Source: Octopus sinensis (taxonomy: Eukaryota). Taken from it: a stretch of 37,485 nucleotides of DNA. Position 1 is the stretch's first letter, and each line of letters begins with the position of its first letter. Under the pieces are notes generated by a model. That model did not search any database. It was not told the origin of the DNA and worked only from the letters and a program-made list of their open reading frames with translations. Made by a program: the position numbers and the translations under genes. Where the stretch lies: contig NW_021831673.1 of NCBI RefSeq assembly GCF_006345805.1, positions 1 to 37,485 of the forward strand, in the 5' to 3' direction. Of this stretch, positions 11,904-22,998 are shown piece by piece.

Positions 11904-12091
11904 GATATATATATATATATATATAATATATATATATGATGGGCTTCTTTCAGATTCCATCTACCAGATCCACTCACAAGGCTTTGGTCGGCCCGAGGCT
12001 ATGGCAGAAAACACTTGCCCAAGGTGCCACGCAGTGGGACTGAACCCAGAACCATGTGTTTGGTAAGCAAGCTACTTACCACACAGCCACA
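11631..12091 (-). mobile_element. SINE family A
   Basis: Tail (TTTTAC)n at 11631, head CCACACAGCCAC near 12080-12091; tail-to-tail with the 11085-11595 copy. Confidence 0.85.
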
Positions 12092-12493
12092 ACCTATTCA
12101 TTCTCTCAAAGCTGAGCATTAAACAATTTGTATTATTTATTTTTGTGTTTTGTCTAGCTTTTCTTTTTTTTTTACAGTATTCACGTATTCGGCTGACTTG
12201 AGCTAATTGCCCCTAATTGACTGATTTAAGAGAATACATCAACAAACATACGCCACATCTTTCAATAAAGACGAAATTAAGAGCAGGTGGCTCTTGTACT
12301 CGTTGTTGTTGTTGTTGTTGTTACGTGTTTGTCTTTGCTTTAATTTACAGAAGCTGCACCCAAATCTCAACCAGAAACGTCATGGGCACCTAAACATGCA
12401 ATTGAAAAAATACCTGATATCTGCGTATCATATTATCTATAAGGCTGAATAAATAGAATTATATTTGCATTGAGAGTGCTTCATGCAGAATAT

Positions 12494-12511
12494 TTATTAT
12501 TATTATTATTA

Positions 12512-12572
<61 letters not shown>

Positions 12573-12573
12573 C

Positions 12574-12611
<38 letters not shown>

Positions 12612-12652
12612 TGTTATTATTATTATTATTATTATCATCATCATCATCATTA
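12494..12652. repeat. (TTA)n microsatellite
   Basis: Direct reading; immediately 5' of the Tx1-like fragment. Confidence 0.95.
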
Positions 12653-12655
12653 TAT

Positions 12656-13073
12656 GAGGTGTGGTGAACGAAATTGAAAGGACTGAACAAAAAGATTTTC
12701 CTCTATGGCCAAGCCCTCATCGACCTTTTTTAAAATTCCGTTCGCGAAAGGAAGACGATGATTGACAGGAATGTGCTGAATCTCCCTCCACCCCCGCCCA
12801 GGTAAATTTGTTGAAAGGTGGGCGAATGTGGAGAGGATGGCCCGGGTGCGTGAGGCTACTTTAAGTTGGCGTCTGTAGGCTGAGAAATAAGGAGGAGACA
12901 TAAGTTACTTGCCACGGTGTCCCTGATGAGTTGAGTGACTCGGGATCTGTGGGGTTCCTTCGTTGTCCCTAGGTGACGTTTCCCTCCCTACGGGATTTGT
13001 TAGTTTCATTGTCCTTTGTCTTTGAAATTTCCTAATGCTCTTCGTGGCCCTTGAGGACAATAAACTGAGAATT
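12656..13073 (+). mobile_element. 5'-truncated L1/Tx1-like LINE, sister family of 13316-19141
   Basis: Translation EVW*TKLKGLNKKIFLYGQALIDLF...KFVERWANVERMARVREATLSWRL* aligns with the ORF2 C-terminus EVVWWTRLKGLKTDTFLFGQGLINFF...KFYERWVNCARLACINGPVLRFRL*; tail GCCCTTGAGGACAATAAA...GAATT then (TTA)n. Confidence 0.8.
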
Positions 13074-13077
13074 ATTA

Positions 13078-13122
<45 letters not shown>

Positions 13123-13269
13123 GAGTGAGAGAGCAGTTGATGCCATCAAAGTGACACTGGGGTAAAATATACGAAGCCCGGTATACCCATCATGATTACC
13201 CGTCTGATAAGGGTACACCAGGCACATGCATCATCATCATCACTATTATTATTATTATTATTATTATTA

Positions 13270-13315
<46 letters not shown>
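13074..13315. repeat. (TTA)n array interrupted by a ~105-bp unrelated segment ending in (CAT)n
   Basis: (TTA)n at ~13074-13122 and ~13244-13315; non-repetitive 13123-13228 between them. Confidence 0.85.
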
Positions 13316-13316
<1 letters not shown>

Positions 13317-13545
13317 CTTCCGACGCCGATGGACGTACGTGAATCAGCTCCGTGAATTTGACACCAATTTCATTGGAAATCTATTGATAGGTTTGAATAT
13401 CTTTTAATATTTTTGTAGCCAAACCGACCGGCTTCTTGCGGAGCTCGTCGGTTGGGCGAAATTTTGCCCCATTCGGGGTGAAATTACGTTTTAAAATTTT
13501 GAACATTTGACATTTTTCAACATTTTGAATATTAGAACAAAAAAC

Positions 13546-14567
13546 ATGGCTATGAAGCGAACAGTTGGCTGTTCCTTCCTTCAAGATACATTCCCTCCGC
13601 AAACACACACAACTCGTCCAAAACACCCACTTCACGCCTTAAAAGGCAACAGAGCTCCTCCTTCCGAACCTGAGAGCACGCGCTCGGTTCAAAAGGAGAA
13701 TGCAAGCCAGGACGTCGCGTTCGACGTAATTCTCGATTTTCCCCCTCTGCCTTCACCCAATGCTTTGGTACGGAAGGAGGAGGAAGAAAAAACAAATACA
13801 AAAATCATCACAAACATTGACACGGAGATAAAAGAAAAAACTTCCAACAATTTTGCTTCTGCTGCGAAGCAAATTTCGGAGGAAGTTAAGATAACTCTAG
13901 AAGATGTGAAAAGAGCGAAGGAGTTTTGAGGAAGGATGGCAATGGCATCTTCCTCAATACTCCACAAGAGGTGATTGAAAGCACCAACAAGAAAAACATA
14001 ATTTACAAAGTTTTCGACAGAAAACTAAAAAGAATAACAAATTCCACACCCCAACAGTTGGAGATAGCTCTAAAGCCCATTGGGCCCAAAAGAGCTACGT
14101 AACCAAGGGGAAGCGTTTTGGAACCGTGGAGGTTCGCTTCCCAACAGAGGAGCTTGCAAGGGCGAACGCCATTTCGCCCTTGCAAACTGAGAATTTGTTA
14201 CTAGTTCCGACCCACCTCGGGCGAAGAGTAACAAAAATAAAAATCGACCTCGCCCCCCCTGAGCTAGATATGTCATGGCTGGTGGCAGCTGTCCTCTATG
14301 ATATAGAGGACACTACCACCATTCTAGATGTCAGGAGAGTGAGGGCGAAAAACTGGTTGGGGATGGGAGTGCTGCTTCTTGCGCAAATTCAGCAAGACAA
14401 TATAAGTAAAGTCCCTGATTTCGTAAGTTTGCCGGACGGCACCAGGCTAAACGTTGCTGTGGAGGGGCGAAAGCCAAAATGTTTTCTCTGCAGCAGCGAA
14501 AGCCACTTAAAGAGGGACTGTCCCATTCACAAAAAGAGGATGGAGGCTTTCAGCAAGAGGCAGCAGC

Positions 14568-14601
<34 letters not shown>

Positions 14602-15391
14602 CAAGCAACAACAACAGAAACAACAAAAACAGCAAGAAACACCAAAGGCTGCCACACCACCAACACCATCACCAACACCAGCACCAAGACGAACAACACC
14701 ACCTCCAACAACAACAACCACCACCAAACCAACACCGACACCAGTACCTCGAAGGTCGACAGCAGCGACATCAACAGTAACAGGAGCAGCGGCACCACCG
14801 ATACCGGCGGAACCCAAAACTTTTCGTCCTGCTACTGAAGCAGACCCCTCAACCATTCCTTTGCCGGATGAAGAGATCTCGGATTGTGCGAGCTCTGATT
14901 CCAACAAAGGAGAATGGAACATAGTGCCTCCAAAAAAGAAAAGGAGGAAAAAACAAAAAGATTTACAGGGGAAACACGAACAAATAGTACTTCCCAACAT
15001 CAACAACACATCAACCACACCACACACTCACAACAACAAACAACAACAACAACACTTTCGACACCACTACTGCCACTACCACAGACACAAACAACACAGA
15101 CACAATTACAGACACGATTACAGCAGTGAATACAAGAAACCAGGAACTGGTTGAGTATTTGAAAACAAAACAAGCACAAACATTACAGATTTCATAATAC
15201 CTACACACAACACACCACCAGCACACATTCTCACAATAAAAATAAACAAAACAGTTTACAACGAAATAAAAAAAATATTCCCTAACGATGTGGGATCGTT
15301 AGGGAAAAGTTTCTCTCAGAAACTTTACAAAAATATTATTGAAGCACCCGTGCAAAAGCACAAGGAGCCCCCCCACCACCAACAACAGTAA
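13546..15391 (+). CDS. LINE ORF1 (gag-like nucleic-acid-binding protein), ~616 aa after restoring 5 single-base deletions
   Basis: ATG at 13546; CX2CX4HX4C knuckle CFLCSSESHLKRDC (14480-14521); polyQ and P/T-rich linker; KKKRRKK basic patch. Protein-like reading steps -1 five times to TAA at 15389-15391. C-terminal extent is inferred; the track ORF stops at 15154. Confidence 0.75.
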
Positions 15392-15432
15392 GTAGAGCCT
15401 TTTTTCTCCTTTTTCCCCCTAACTTTTGAAAC

Positions 15433-18400
15433 ATGGCAAATCTTAGAATCGGTTGCTTGAATGTGAGAGGCCTCGGGTCACCTTGGAAACAGGGTCACCT
15501 GTTAAACGACCTGAGGTTTCATGATGTGGATGTAGCAGCCATCAGTGAAACCAGGCTCTCCGACCCGCAGGAACTCGCAGCCCTTTTCGGCGGATACGAG
15601 ATATTCTATCTCCGTGTCGGCCGGGAGCGGGCGGTGGTGGTACTGCGGTGTTGTTTCGGAAGGGCCTGGACCTGAAAATAAGGACAGTCTTCTTGGATCC
15701 GAAGGTAAGTTGGTGGTCCTCGACGTCGACGGTAGTGACGGCGGTGCTTTCAGACTGCTGGCTGCCTACGCTCCGACAGGAGCAGGGCAGTCGGATTATT
15801 TCAAACGTCTGGAAGTTTTCCTGGGAACGTCACGCACTCTAGTACTAGTTGGGGATTGGAACGCTGTCTTAGACGAACGTTTCGATCGGGTGGGCAGGGG
15901 AGCGTCTGATAGGAGAGGGGGAGGGTGCAAGAGCCTCGCCAACCTACTCGGCCGCTTTCAGCTGTCCGACAGGTTTCGACTAGACAACCCGAATGTGCCA
16001 ATGTGGACTTGGACAAACCGCATAGGGTCGTCTAGATCGTACTTAGATAGAGTGTTTTGTAGGCCAGCGGATAAGGACAGCGTAGGGTGTCCACAATTCC
16101 ACCTAGTCGAATATACGGACCACAAATTAGTGATCTGTACGGTCGACTTAGATAGGCTACATAGACAGGGACCCGGCTACTGGAAGCTGAACGCGTCGTT
16201 AACGGCGTGCAAAGCTTACAGAGACCGGATTAGTTTACTAGTTAAGCGGGCGCTCACGGGGGCAATCATCAACAACAACTGGTGGTTTGCCCTCAAGAGA
16301 GCAATTAGAGTAGAGTCGATTAGGTATAGTAAGACTCTAGCTATTGAACGTAGGAAGAGAGAGCGGGATTTAGTTAAGAAACTAGACGAGGCTCTTGACA
16401 CTGGCATCGCGACCGACGTGTTGGCGGCAAGGTTGGCCCTCGACCAACACTTCGACGCCAAACACGAAGGCTGCGTTGTCAGAGCTAAGGCACGTTCGCT
16501 AAGCGGGGAGGGGACTAGAGCCGCTCGATGGGCCCGCGTGGCGGAGGCGAAGCGAGGCAACAGAGCAACCATTCGGTCTTTGGTGGACCAGAACGGGCGC
16601 GAGGTTACCCAACCGAAGCAGATGTGTACGGTGCTTCAGCGGCACTTTGCTCAACTGTTTGGGACGAGCGGTGGAACGGACACCAACGGTACAGACTTCG
16701 GTGTGTACCTGGACGGACTGCCGCAACTCTCGGACAGCGAGGCAGAGTGCTGCGAAGAACCGATATCTGCCTGGGAAGTACAGGAAGCGATGAAGAGTTG
16801 CACGAGAGGTAGATCGCCGGGTTTGGATGGTCTGCCCTACGAGCTTTACTTTTCAATGCCAGACTGTTTGCGGACCTGTTGGCAAACGTCTACTGCAACT
16901 GGCAGCAAAACGGGAGAATTCCTGCTTTTGTCTGTCGAGGGGTGGTGGCTTTGCTAAAGAAGGACCCAAACAAGGGGGACGTTATAGGGAATTTCCGGCC
17001 CATCACTCTGCTCAATGCAGAGTTGAAGATTTTGGCCAAGGTGCTAGCCAGAGATTGGCGCTTGTCGTGGACAAGCTGGTCGGCGAGACGCAGACATGCG
17101 CCGTACCGACCAGGTCGATACACGACAACCTCCATCTCATGCGCTACATCATAGAGAGGGTGGGTAACGACGCTGGCGCGGGTGGGGCTTTGATCAACTT
17201 GGATCAGAGTAAAGCCTTCGATAGGGTCGACCATCGGTACCTGGCAGCTGTCCTCAGGGCAGCCGGCTTCGGTCCAGTCTTCCGCGGGTGGATCGCTGCT
17301 TTATACAGCAACATCTGCTCGGTGATACGGGTGAACGGTCACCTTTCGGAACCGTTCGACATCACGCGTTCGGTCCGCCAAGGATGCCCTCTCTCCTCCC
17401 TCTTGTACATTTTGACTCTCGAGCCATTACTGCGCAAGTTGGAGGCTTTGAGGGGTATCCCGCGCGATCTAGGAGGCGGAAACAGCGTGTCTGCTTATGC
17501 CGACGACGTCACCGTGGTGGTGTCGAGCCACAGGCACATTGGCCTGATTGGCGAGACGCTAAACCAGTACGAAGCGGTGACAGGGGCAAAGATTAACGCG
17601 GAAAAGTCTGTGGGCTTACAACTGGGCACCTGGAGAGGCAAGCCCATGCCGTCCAACAGCGTCGTAGGGCGCTGGACAGACGGACCCGTTAAACTGCTCG
17701 GGGTCTGGTTCGGTCCGGACCTCCAGGTGGATAAGAACTGGGAAGAGGTGACGAGCAGGGTGGCACGTCTCACCCAGAAATGGGCCGAGAGGAAGCTGTC
17801 CCTGAAAGGTCGAGCGGAGGTGGCGAATGCGTACATCGCATCCGTCATCTATTACCGCTTGACCGTCGTCCCTTGTCCCGACCGCTGGTGGCCAAGCTGG
17901 TACGTCTGCTCTTCGACTTTTTGTGGAAGGGTCAGGTGCACTGGTCAGGCGATCCATCTGCTGTCAACGACCGCTGAACGGAGGCCTGGAATGCCGTGGT
18001 TGCTGTTGCGCAGACATGCGCTCAGGCTGCGGCATCTCAAGCGCTTCCTAGACGGTGAACAGGTGTGGTCGTCTTTTGTCAGACGCGATTTTCCGCAGCT
18101 CGTCTCTTTGACGGAGCTGCAGACCTGGATCAAACGTAGACCGAGAAAGGGCGCTTGGCACCTCGAGTGCCGTCAAGCCCTCTCCGCCCTCCGTCAGGCG
18201 GGCAATGCGATCGGTTACAGCTCCACTCTAGCGTTCTATAGAGGGTTAGTGGAGGAAAAATGCGACGACGTTCTCGGGGAAACTCTAGGCGTTGAAGACG
18301 ACGAACTGAGCGGTCTGTTCGGGAGGACTTTCGGGCCGGGGCCGATGGATAATTTCCAGAGGTCTCTCGCCTGGCAGTGCTACCGAGGGGCTCTGCCTGT

Positions 18401-18860
18401 TCGAGATAAACTCTACCGGCACGGAAGTGCCGTCAGCCGGGCCTGCCCGAGGTGTTGCCAGGACGACGAAACCGTTCTGCACGCACTCGTCCAGTGCCCG
18501 AGTATTGCTGAAATATGGGTTTATGTCGAACAGCTACTGCCACGTGTAGGACGGATCCGACTATCGGCCGAATCCATAGTGAAGATTTCCCCGCCGACCT
18601 CCTTTAACAAGGAGGGCGAGGCCGTTTTCTTGTGCCTAGTGGCTGTGGCGAAAGAGGTCGTGTGGTGGACTCGTTTGAAAGGGCTAAAGACAGACACTTT
18701 CCTCTTTGGTCAAGGCCTCATCAACTTTTTCAAGTTTCACTTGAAAAGGAAGATGAGGTTAGAGAGGAAAGTGCTGTCCGATAGCAAGTTTTATGAAAGG
18801 TGGGTGAATTGTGCGAGACTGGCCTGTATAAATGGACCAGTTCTCAGGTTTCGCCTGTGA
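15433..18860 (+). CDS. LINE ORF2 (AP endonuclease, reverse transcriptase, zinc-binding domain), ~1144 aa after restoring 7 single-base deletions
   Basis: APE motifs CLNVRGL, SETRL, GDWNA, SYLDR, TDH; RT motifs KSPG/RSPGLDGLP, FRPITLLN, DQSKAFDRVDH, RQGCPLS, YADD (17496-17507); C-terminal CPRC-X8-H-X4-C from 18444. Confidence 0.92.
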
Positions 18861-19141
18861 TTTCAAAGAAAAGGTAATGTAAAAGGAGAAGAAAGGGGAC
18901 TCTCTACACCCCCTTTTTTTTGACCAGGCTCCCGTTGGCTTTTGTAGGGTTTTTTCCACCAGGAACCTTTCGAGACGTCTCCCCCTTTTGGGAGTTTTTC
19001 ATTGTTGAATTTTATAAGTTGTTATAAAGATTTTTACTCGATGTTTTTAAAAAACGACAAAACCCTTTGTAACCTTTCGTCCTGTCTTGTCCCTTTATGT
19101 AATCATGCGTGTCAGCCCTTGTGGCCAATAAAAAAGAATTG

Positions 19142-19230
19142 ATTATTATTATTATTATTATTATTAATTTATTTTATTATTATTATTATTATATTATTAT
19201 TATTATTATATTATTATATTATTGTTGTTA

Positions 19231-19277
<47 letters not shown>

Positions 19278-19317
19278 TTATTATTATTATATTATATTAT
19301 TATTATTATTGTTGTTA

Positions 19318-19358
<41 letters not shown>
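19142..19358. repeat. (TTA)n microsatellite, 3' flank or tail of the LINE
   Basis: Direct reading. Confidence 0.95.
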
Positions 19359-19509
19359 GGTTGATGCTCAACGAAACTGAAAGAAGTGTTTAGCGTTTCA
19401 AGCATATGCGCTCCTACGGAGTGAATACCTGAAGAGAGAGAAAAAGATAACGAGTAAAGGACAAGCATTCTCAATGAGACGGTCACTACATGCTGTGTGT
19501 GTATGTATG

Positions 19510-19540
<31 letters not shown>

Positions 19541-20972
19541 TATTTTAATAAGTATTTTAATGAAGTATTTTAATAAGCCTTTGATTTTGGGATGCACTCG
19601 GCTAATTTTCTAATTTGGGCACTAGAAACTTCACTGCTAGACGTTGCAAAGAATCTGTTCTTCACTTTGTCAGATGAATGCTCTGTTTTCCATTTCGATA
19701 TTCAAATCCATTAGTTTTTAAGTACCCACTTCGTCAAGAGGAACGCATCTATAACAGAGATTAAGCGCTGCCATTAATAAATCTGTCGCTAACAATCGAA
19801 AGAGCATTCGAGTTATTTTATGGTAAAAATAAAATGTCTCAAATGGATGAAAGTGTGTGAGATTACTGGATGCAGGACTTGTTATCACACTGTTCCTTGA
19901 TCTCAGTGTTGTTTCCCTAACATTTCTCAAGTTAGAGAAAGGGAGAGAGAAAGAAAGAGAAATAGAGAGAAAGAGGGGGAATGAAAACGAATGAAGGAAA
20001 GAGAGAGAGAGAGAGAGAGAGAGAGGGGTGGGAAGAAAGTGAAGGAAAAGGTGGGGAAGGGAAGGAAAGACAGGAAGAAAGAGAAAGAGACGGCTGCACA
20101 GAAATTCTTTCTGTACCAAAAACAAGGCGCGCGCAAACCACACACACACACACACACAGAAGTGTGTGTGTGTGTGTAAGTATGTGTGTGTATCTATCTA
20201 TGTACGGTGGGGTAGAAAGATATACCGTTAGTTTTTTTTTTAATGTGTTGTTTCTTAGAAACATCGCAACAGACTCTGCTGTGATGATTCTAAAACACAA
20301 CAAGCTGTTAAGGTCTATGGTTGATTTTTGCAGATAATAAAGGTGCGTAGATTACGAATTTTGATTGAAAAGTTGGGGTCTTGAAACAAAAAGTTGCAGT
20401 GGGCCTCGAAAAGTCATGCGACGGCCCTGACTTTGGACACCATGGATACTTTGAAATCCTATTTCCAATCATATGAACCATTTTAAATATTATTTCAGCA
20501 AGCTTAAAGTGATTTCTTTTGTGTCATAAACCATTTACCATTTCTGTGGTTCCCCGTTTCTCTTGGCGCCCTGAACATGTGGTTATTCTGCTTAATGATT
20601 AATCCAGCGCTGCATGATCACCTCAATTTTTCCCAATATGCAGCTAATCTCGGACCACATTATCACAATATAGCCATTAATAGATCAGTAAAATTGTGAT
20701 TCGAAACAGATTTGGTTGTTATTTTCAGCAGCCCGAATGACCACGTTGTGACATCCACGTCATATCGTACCGTTGCTGGGTTTTATAGTGGGTGTGGTTA
20801 AATGAGTGTCTACATCTAAATCCGTGACATTAAAAGGTTGTTACAATATAATTATCCCATAAATCTAAAAATACACAGCTGTACCGCTCATGTAGTCTTC
20901 ATTAATACTTGCTGACGTACTTTGAAAATATTAGAGCTTCAACTTCAAGTCTGGATGCAATAAAACTCCTCG

Positions 20973-21080
<108 letters not shown>

Positions 21081-21132
21081 AAAATGTATGTAGGTGTGTG
21101 TATAAATAAATACATAGATACACATATATATA

Positions 21133-21186
<54 letters not shown>

Positions 21187-21232
21187 AATATATATATATC
21201 TTTTACTTGTTTCAGTTATAAACATATGTAGG

Positions 21233-21264
<32 letters not shown>

Positions 21265-22166
21265 TGTATGTATGTATGTGTGTGAATATATATATACATA
21301 TAGTGTATGTATATCTATATATATGCATGTATATATATATATGTAACATATATATATATATATATATATATCTGCAAAGCCTAACACTTTAGTGTCCCAT
21401 CCTTGTCGGGACAAGAGTAGGTGTGTGTTTGTGTATGTGTGTGTGTGCGCACGCGCGCGTGTACAATGCAAACCTGTTCTTTCTTTAACATGTCTTACCC
21501 TCTCTATTTTTTTCTGATATATTTTTGTTTTTTATATTTGTAATAGTTTATATTTTTGCGTTTACGATTGTTTTGCAACGTCTATTTAATAAAAGTGCAA
21601 CTGTAGGTAGCACCATCCGCTGATATTGCTGAAAAACATCAGCATGACTGCGAGAACTATATATACTTAGCGGGACACCACTTTATGTGTGCGTGTACCT
21701 GATGTGACCCAGACTGCACTGATCGATGCAACACAATTAGGTGTACAACATCCGACCCATAAAGGACAGTCGCAGGAAGGGTCGAAACGATCGTAGTACT
21801 GAATAAAGACTAATGCCAAACCCATCTTCCGTTTCCTTCATCAAATATTACACATGCACATACATACACACGCACACACACACACACACACACAATCACA
21901 CACACACACACACACACACACACACCAGACACACACACACACACACACATACAGGGACGTAAACACCAATATCTGTTGTCAAGCGATGGTGGGGAGGGGG
22001 CAAACACATTACTGCTATTTAGCTCTAGAAAGCAGCAACGCTTCCTGTCGGCCTTAACACATTCCCTGTGTGCTTATGTTTACAAGGGGGAGATAAGCAC
22101 CCCCAGAATTCTTATATGCTTACAAGGGCTAGATAGACATCTCCAACTAGCAGGCCATGTTACTCA

Positions 22167-22203
22167 AGACTGATGACGAGCAAAGACTCAGACACTAGTC
22201 TCT
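22167..22203 (+). ncRNA. Minimal hammerhead-like motif (Penelope type), probably defective; mirror copy at 23264-23300 (-)
   Basis: AGA-CTGATGA-c GAG caaaga CTC a-GACA-CTAG-TC-TCT: palindromic ACTAGT stem III and GUC site, but GACA instead of GAAA and a mismatch at the base of stem II. Confidence 0.45.
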
Positions 22204-22577
22204 GGTTGCAGGCTTATTGTATTAAAGATTGTAGGTAAGGCCAAAAGAATGCGAAGTAAATGCAAGGTAAATCACAAGAAAACAAATATGTGAATTAATG
22301 TATATATATATATATATATATTTAAAAAATTTTAAAAATAGGATAAAATCTTAATAAGAAATCTTAACAAGAAATTATCAAGTAGTTAGCGTGAAAAACC
22401 TCATAAGGGAAAAAAACTGTAAATTTTTTTCTTTGAAAATATTTATTTATATTGTATAGAGGGCATTATTACACATAAATGCCGCACGCTAGGAGGGACT
22501 CTTAAAGTTATAACTACCAAATATAAACAAATCGTACCGAATGCAATTTTCGAAGCGAGTCATTTAAAAAGAATTTA

Positions 22578-22641
22578 GCTCCAGATCACCTGTGATTTCG
22601 CAATTAACGCAGTAATCGCGTCCTTTGCTCTTCAGTGAAGC
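22578..22641 (-). ncRNA. Type I hammerhead ribozyme
   Basis: Minus strand: GCTTCA-CTGAAGA-GCAA..ACGC..GCGT..TTGC-GAAA-TCA CAGG TGA-TC^TGGAGC; complete core, stems I, II and III pair, AUC cleavage triplet. Confidence 0.8.
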
Positions 22642-22746
22642 GAATCCAAGATATATCATGAATAAACAAAAACATCATACCAGATAGACAACCATCGCCT
22701 CCATCGTAGCATATGTTTTTGTTTATTCATGATATATCTTGGATTC

Positions 22747-22810
22747 GTTTCACTGAAGAGCAAGGGACGCGGATACTGCGTTAATTGCGAAATCACAGGT
22801 GATCTGGAGC
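22747..22810 (+). ncRNA. Type I hammerhead ribozyme
   Basis: Stem I GTTTCA 22747-52 / TGGAGC 22805-10; CTGAAGA 22753-59; stem II GCAA 22760-63 / TTGC 22785-88; GAAA 22789-92; stem III ATCA/TGAT; predicted cleavage after C22804. Confidence 0.8.
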
Positions 22811-22998
22811 TAAATTCTGTTGTTAAATGACTCGCTTCGGGAATTGCATTCGGTACGATTTGTTTATATTTGGTAGTTATGACTTTAAGAGTCCCTCCTA
22901 GCGTGCGGCATTTATGTGTAATAATGCCTTCTATACAATATATATATATATATATATATGATTTAATGCAATATTACTGTGAAGCATTGTGTAAAATA

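Larger units (their letters stand above)
13316..19141 (+). mobile_element. Full-length L1/Tx1-like non-LTR retrotransposon (~5.8 kb)
   Basis: 5' UTR, ORF1 with gag-type zinc knuckle, ORF2 with APE, RT and CCHC, 3' UTR with AATAAA (19127-19132); (TTA)n on both sides. Clade assignment is from motif style (QGCPLS, YADD, CX2CX8HX4C), not a phylogeny. Confidence 0.93.
22448..22942. repeat. Inner inverted repeat, ~230-bp arms (22448-22675 / 22713-22942), 37-nt spacer
   Basis: About 10 differences over ~228 bp by manual alignment; TA-rich ends. Confidence 0.93.

Noticed and set aside
14126-15154. Host polyglutamine gene
   Set aside because: It is part of LINE ORF1: gag knuckle, directly upstream of the APE-RT ORF.
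13546-18860. Programmed ribosomal frameshifting
   Set aside because: Twelve shifts, some within 50 nt of each other, without consistent slippery heptamers; sequencing error or mutation is far simpler.
15433-18860. Bacterial contamination or group II intron/retron RT
   Set aside because: GC-rich, but APE-RT-CCHC architecture, ORF1, poly(A) signal and continuous eukaryotic flanks identify a non-LTR retrotransposon.
19580-19925. Host exon in non-repetitive sequence
   Set aside because: No recognisable ORF or confident splice pair; cannot be excluded without RNA data.
20400-20620. hAT-type transposon ends (CAGGGCCG-like)
   Set aside because: Only short TIR-like strings; no matching pair with a TSD could be established.
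21765-21800. Hammerhead at GGGTCGAAACGATCGTAGTACTG
   Set aside because: GAAA, palindromic stem III and GUA are present, but no CUGANGA upstream; at most a decayed remnant.
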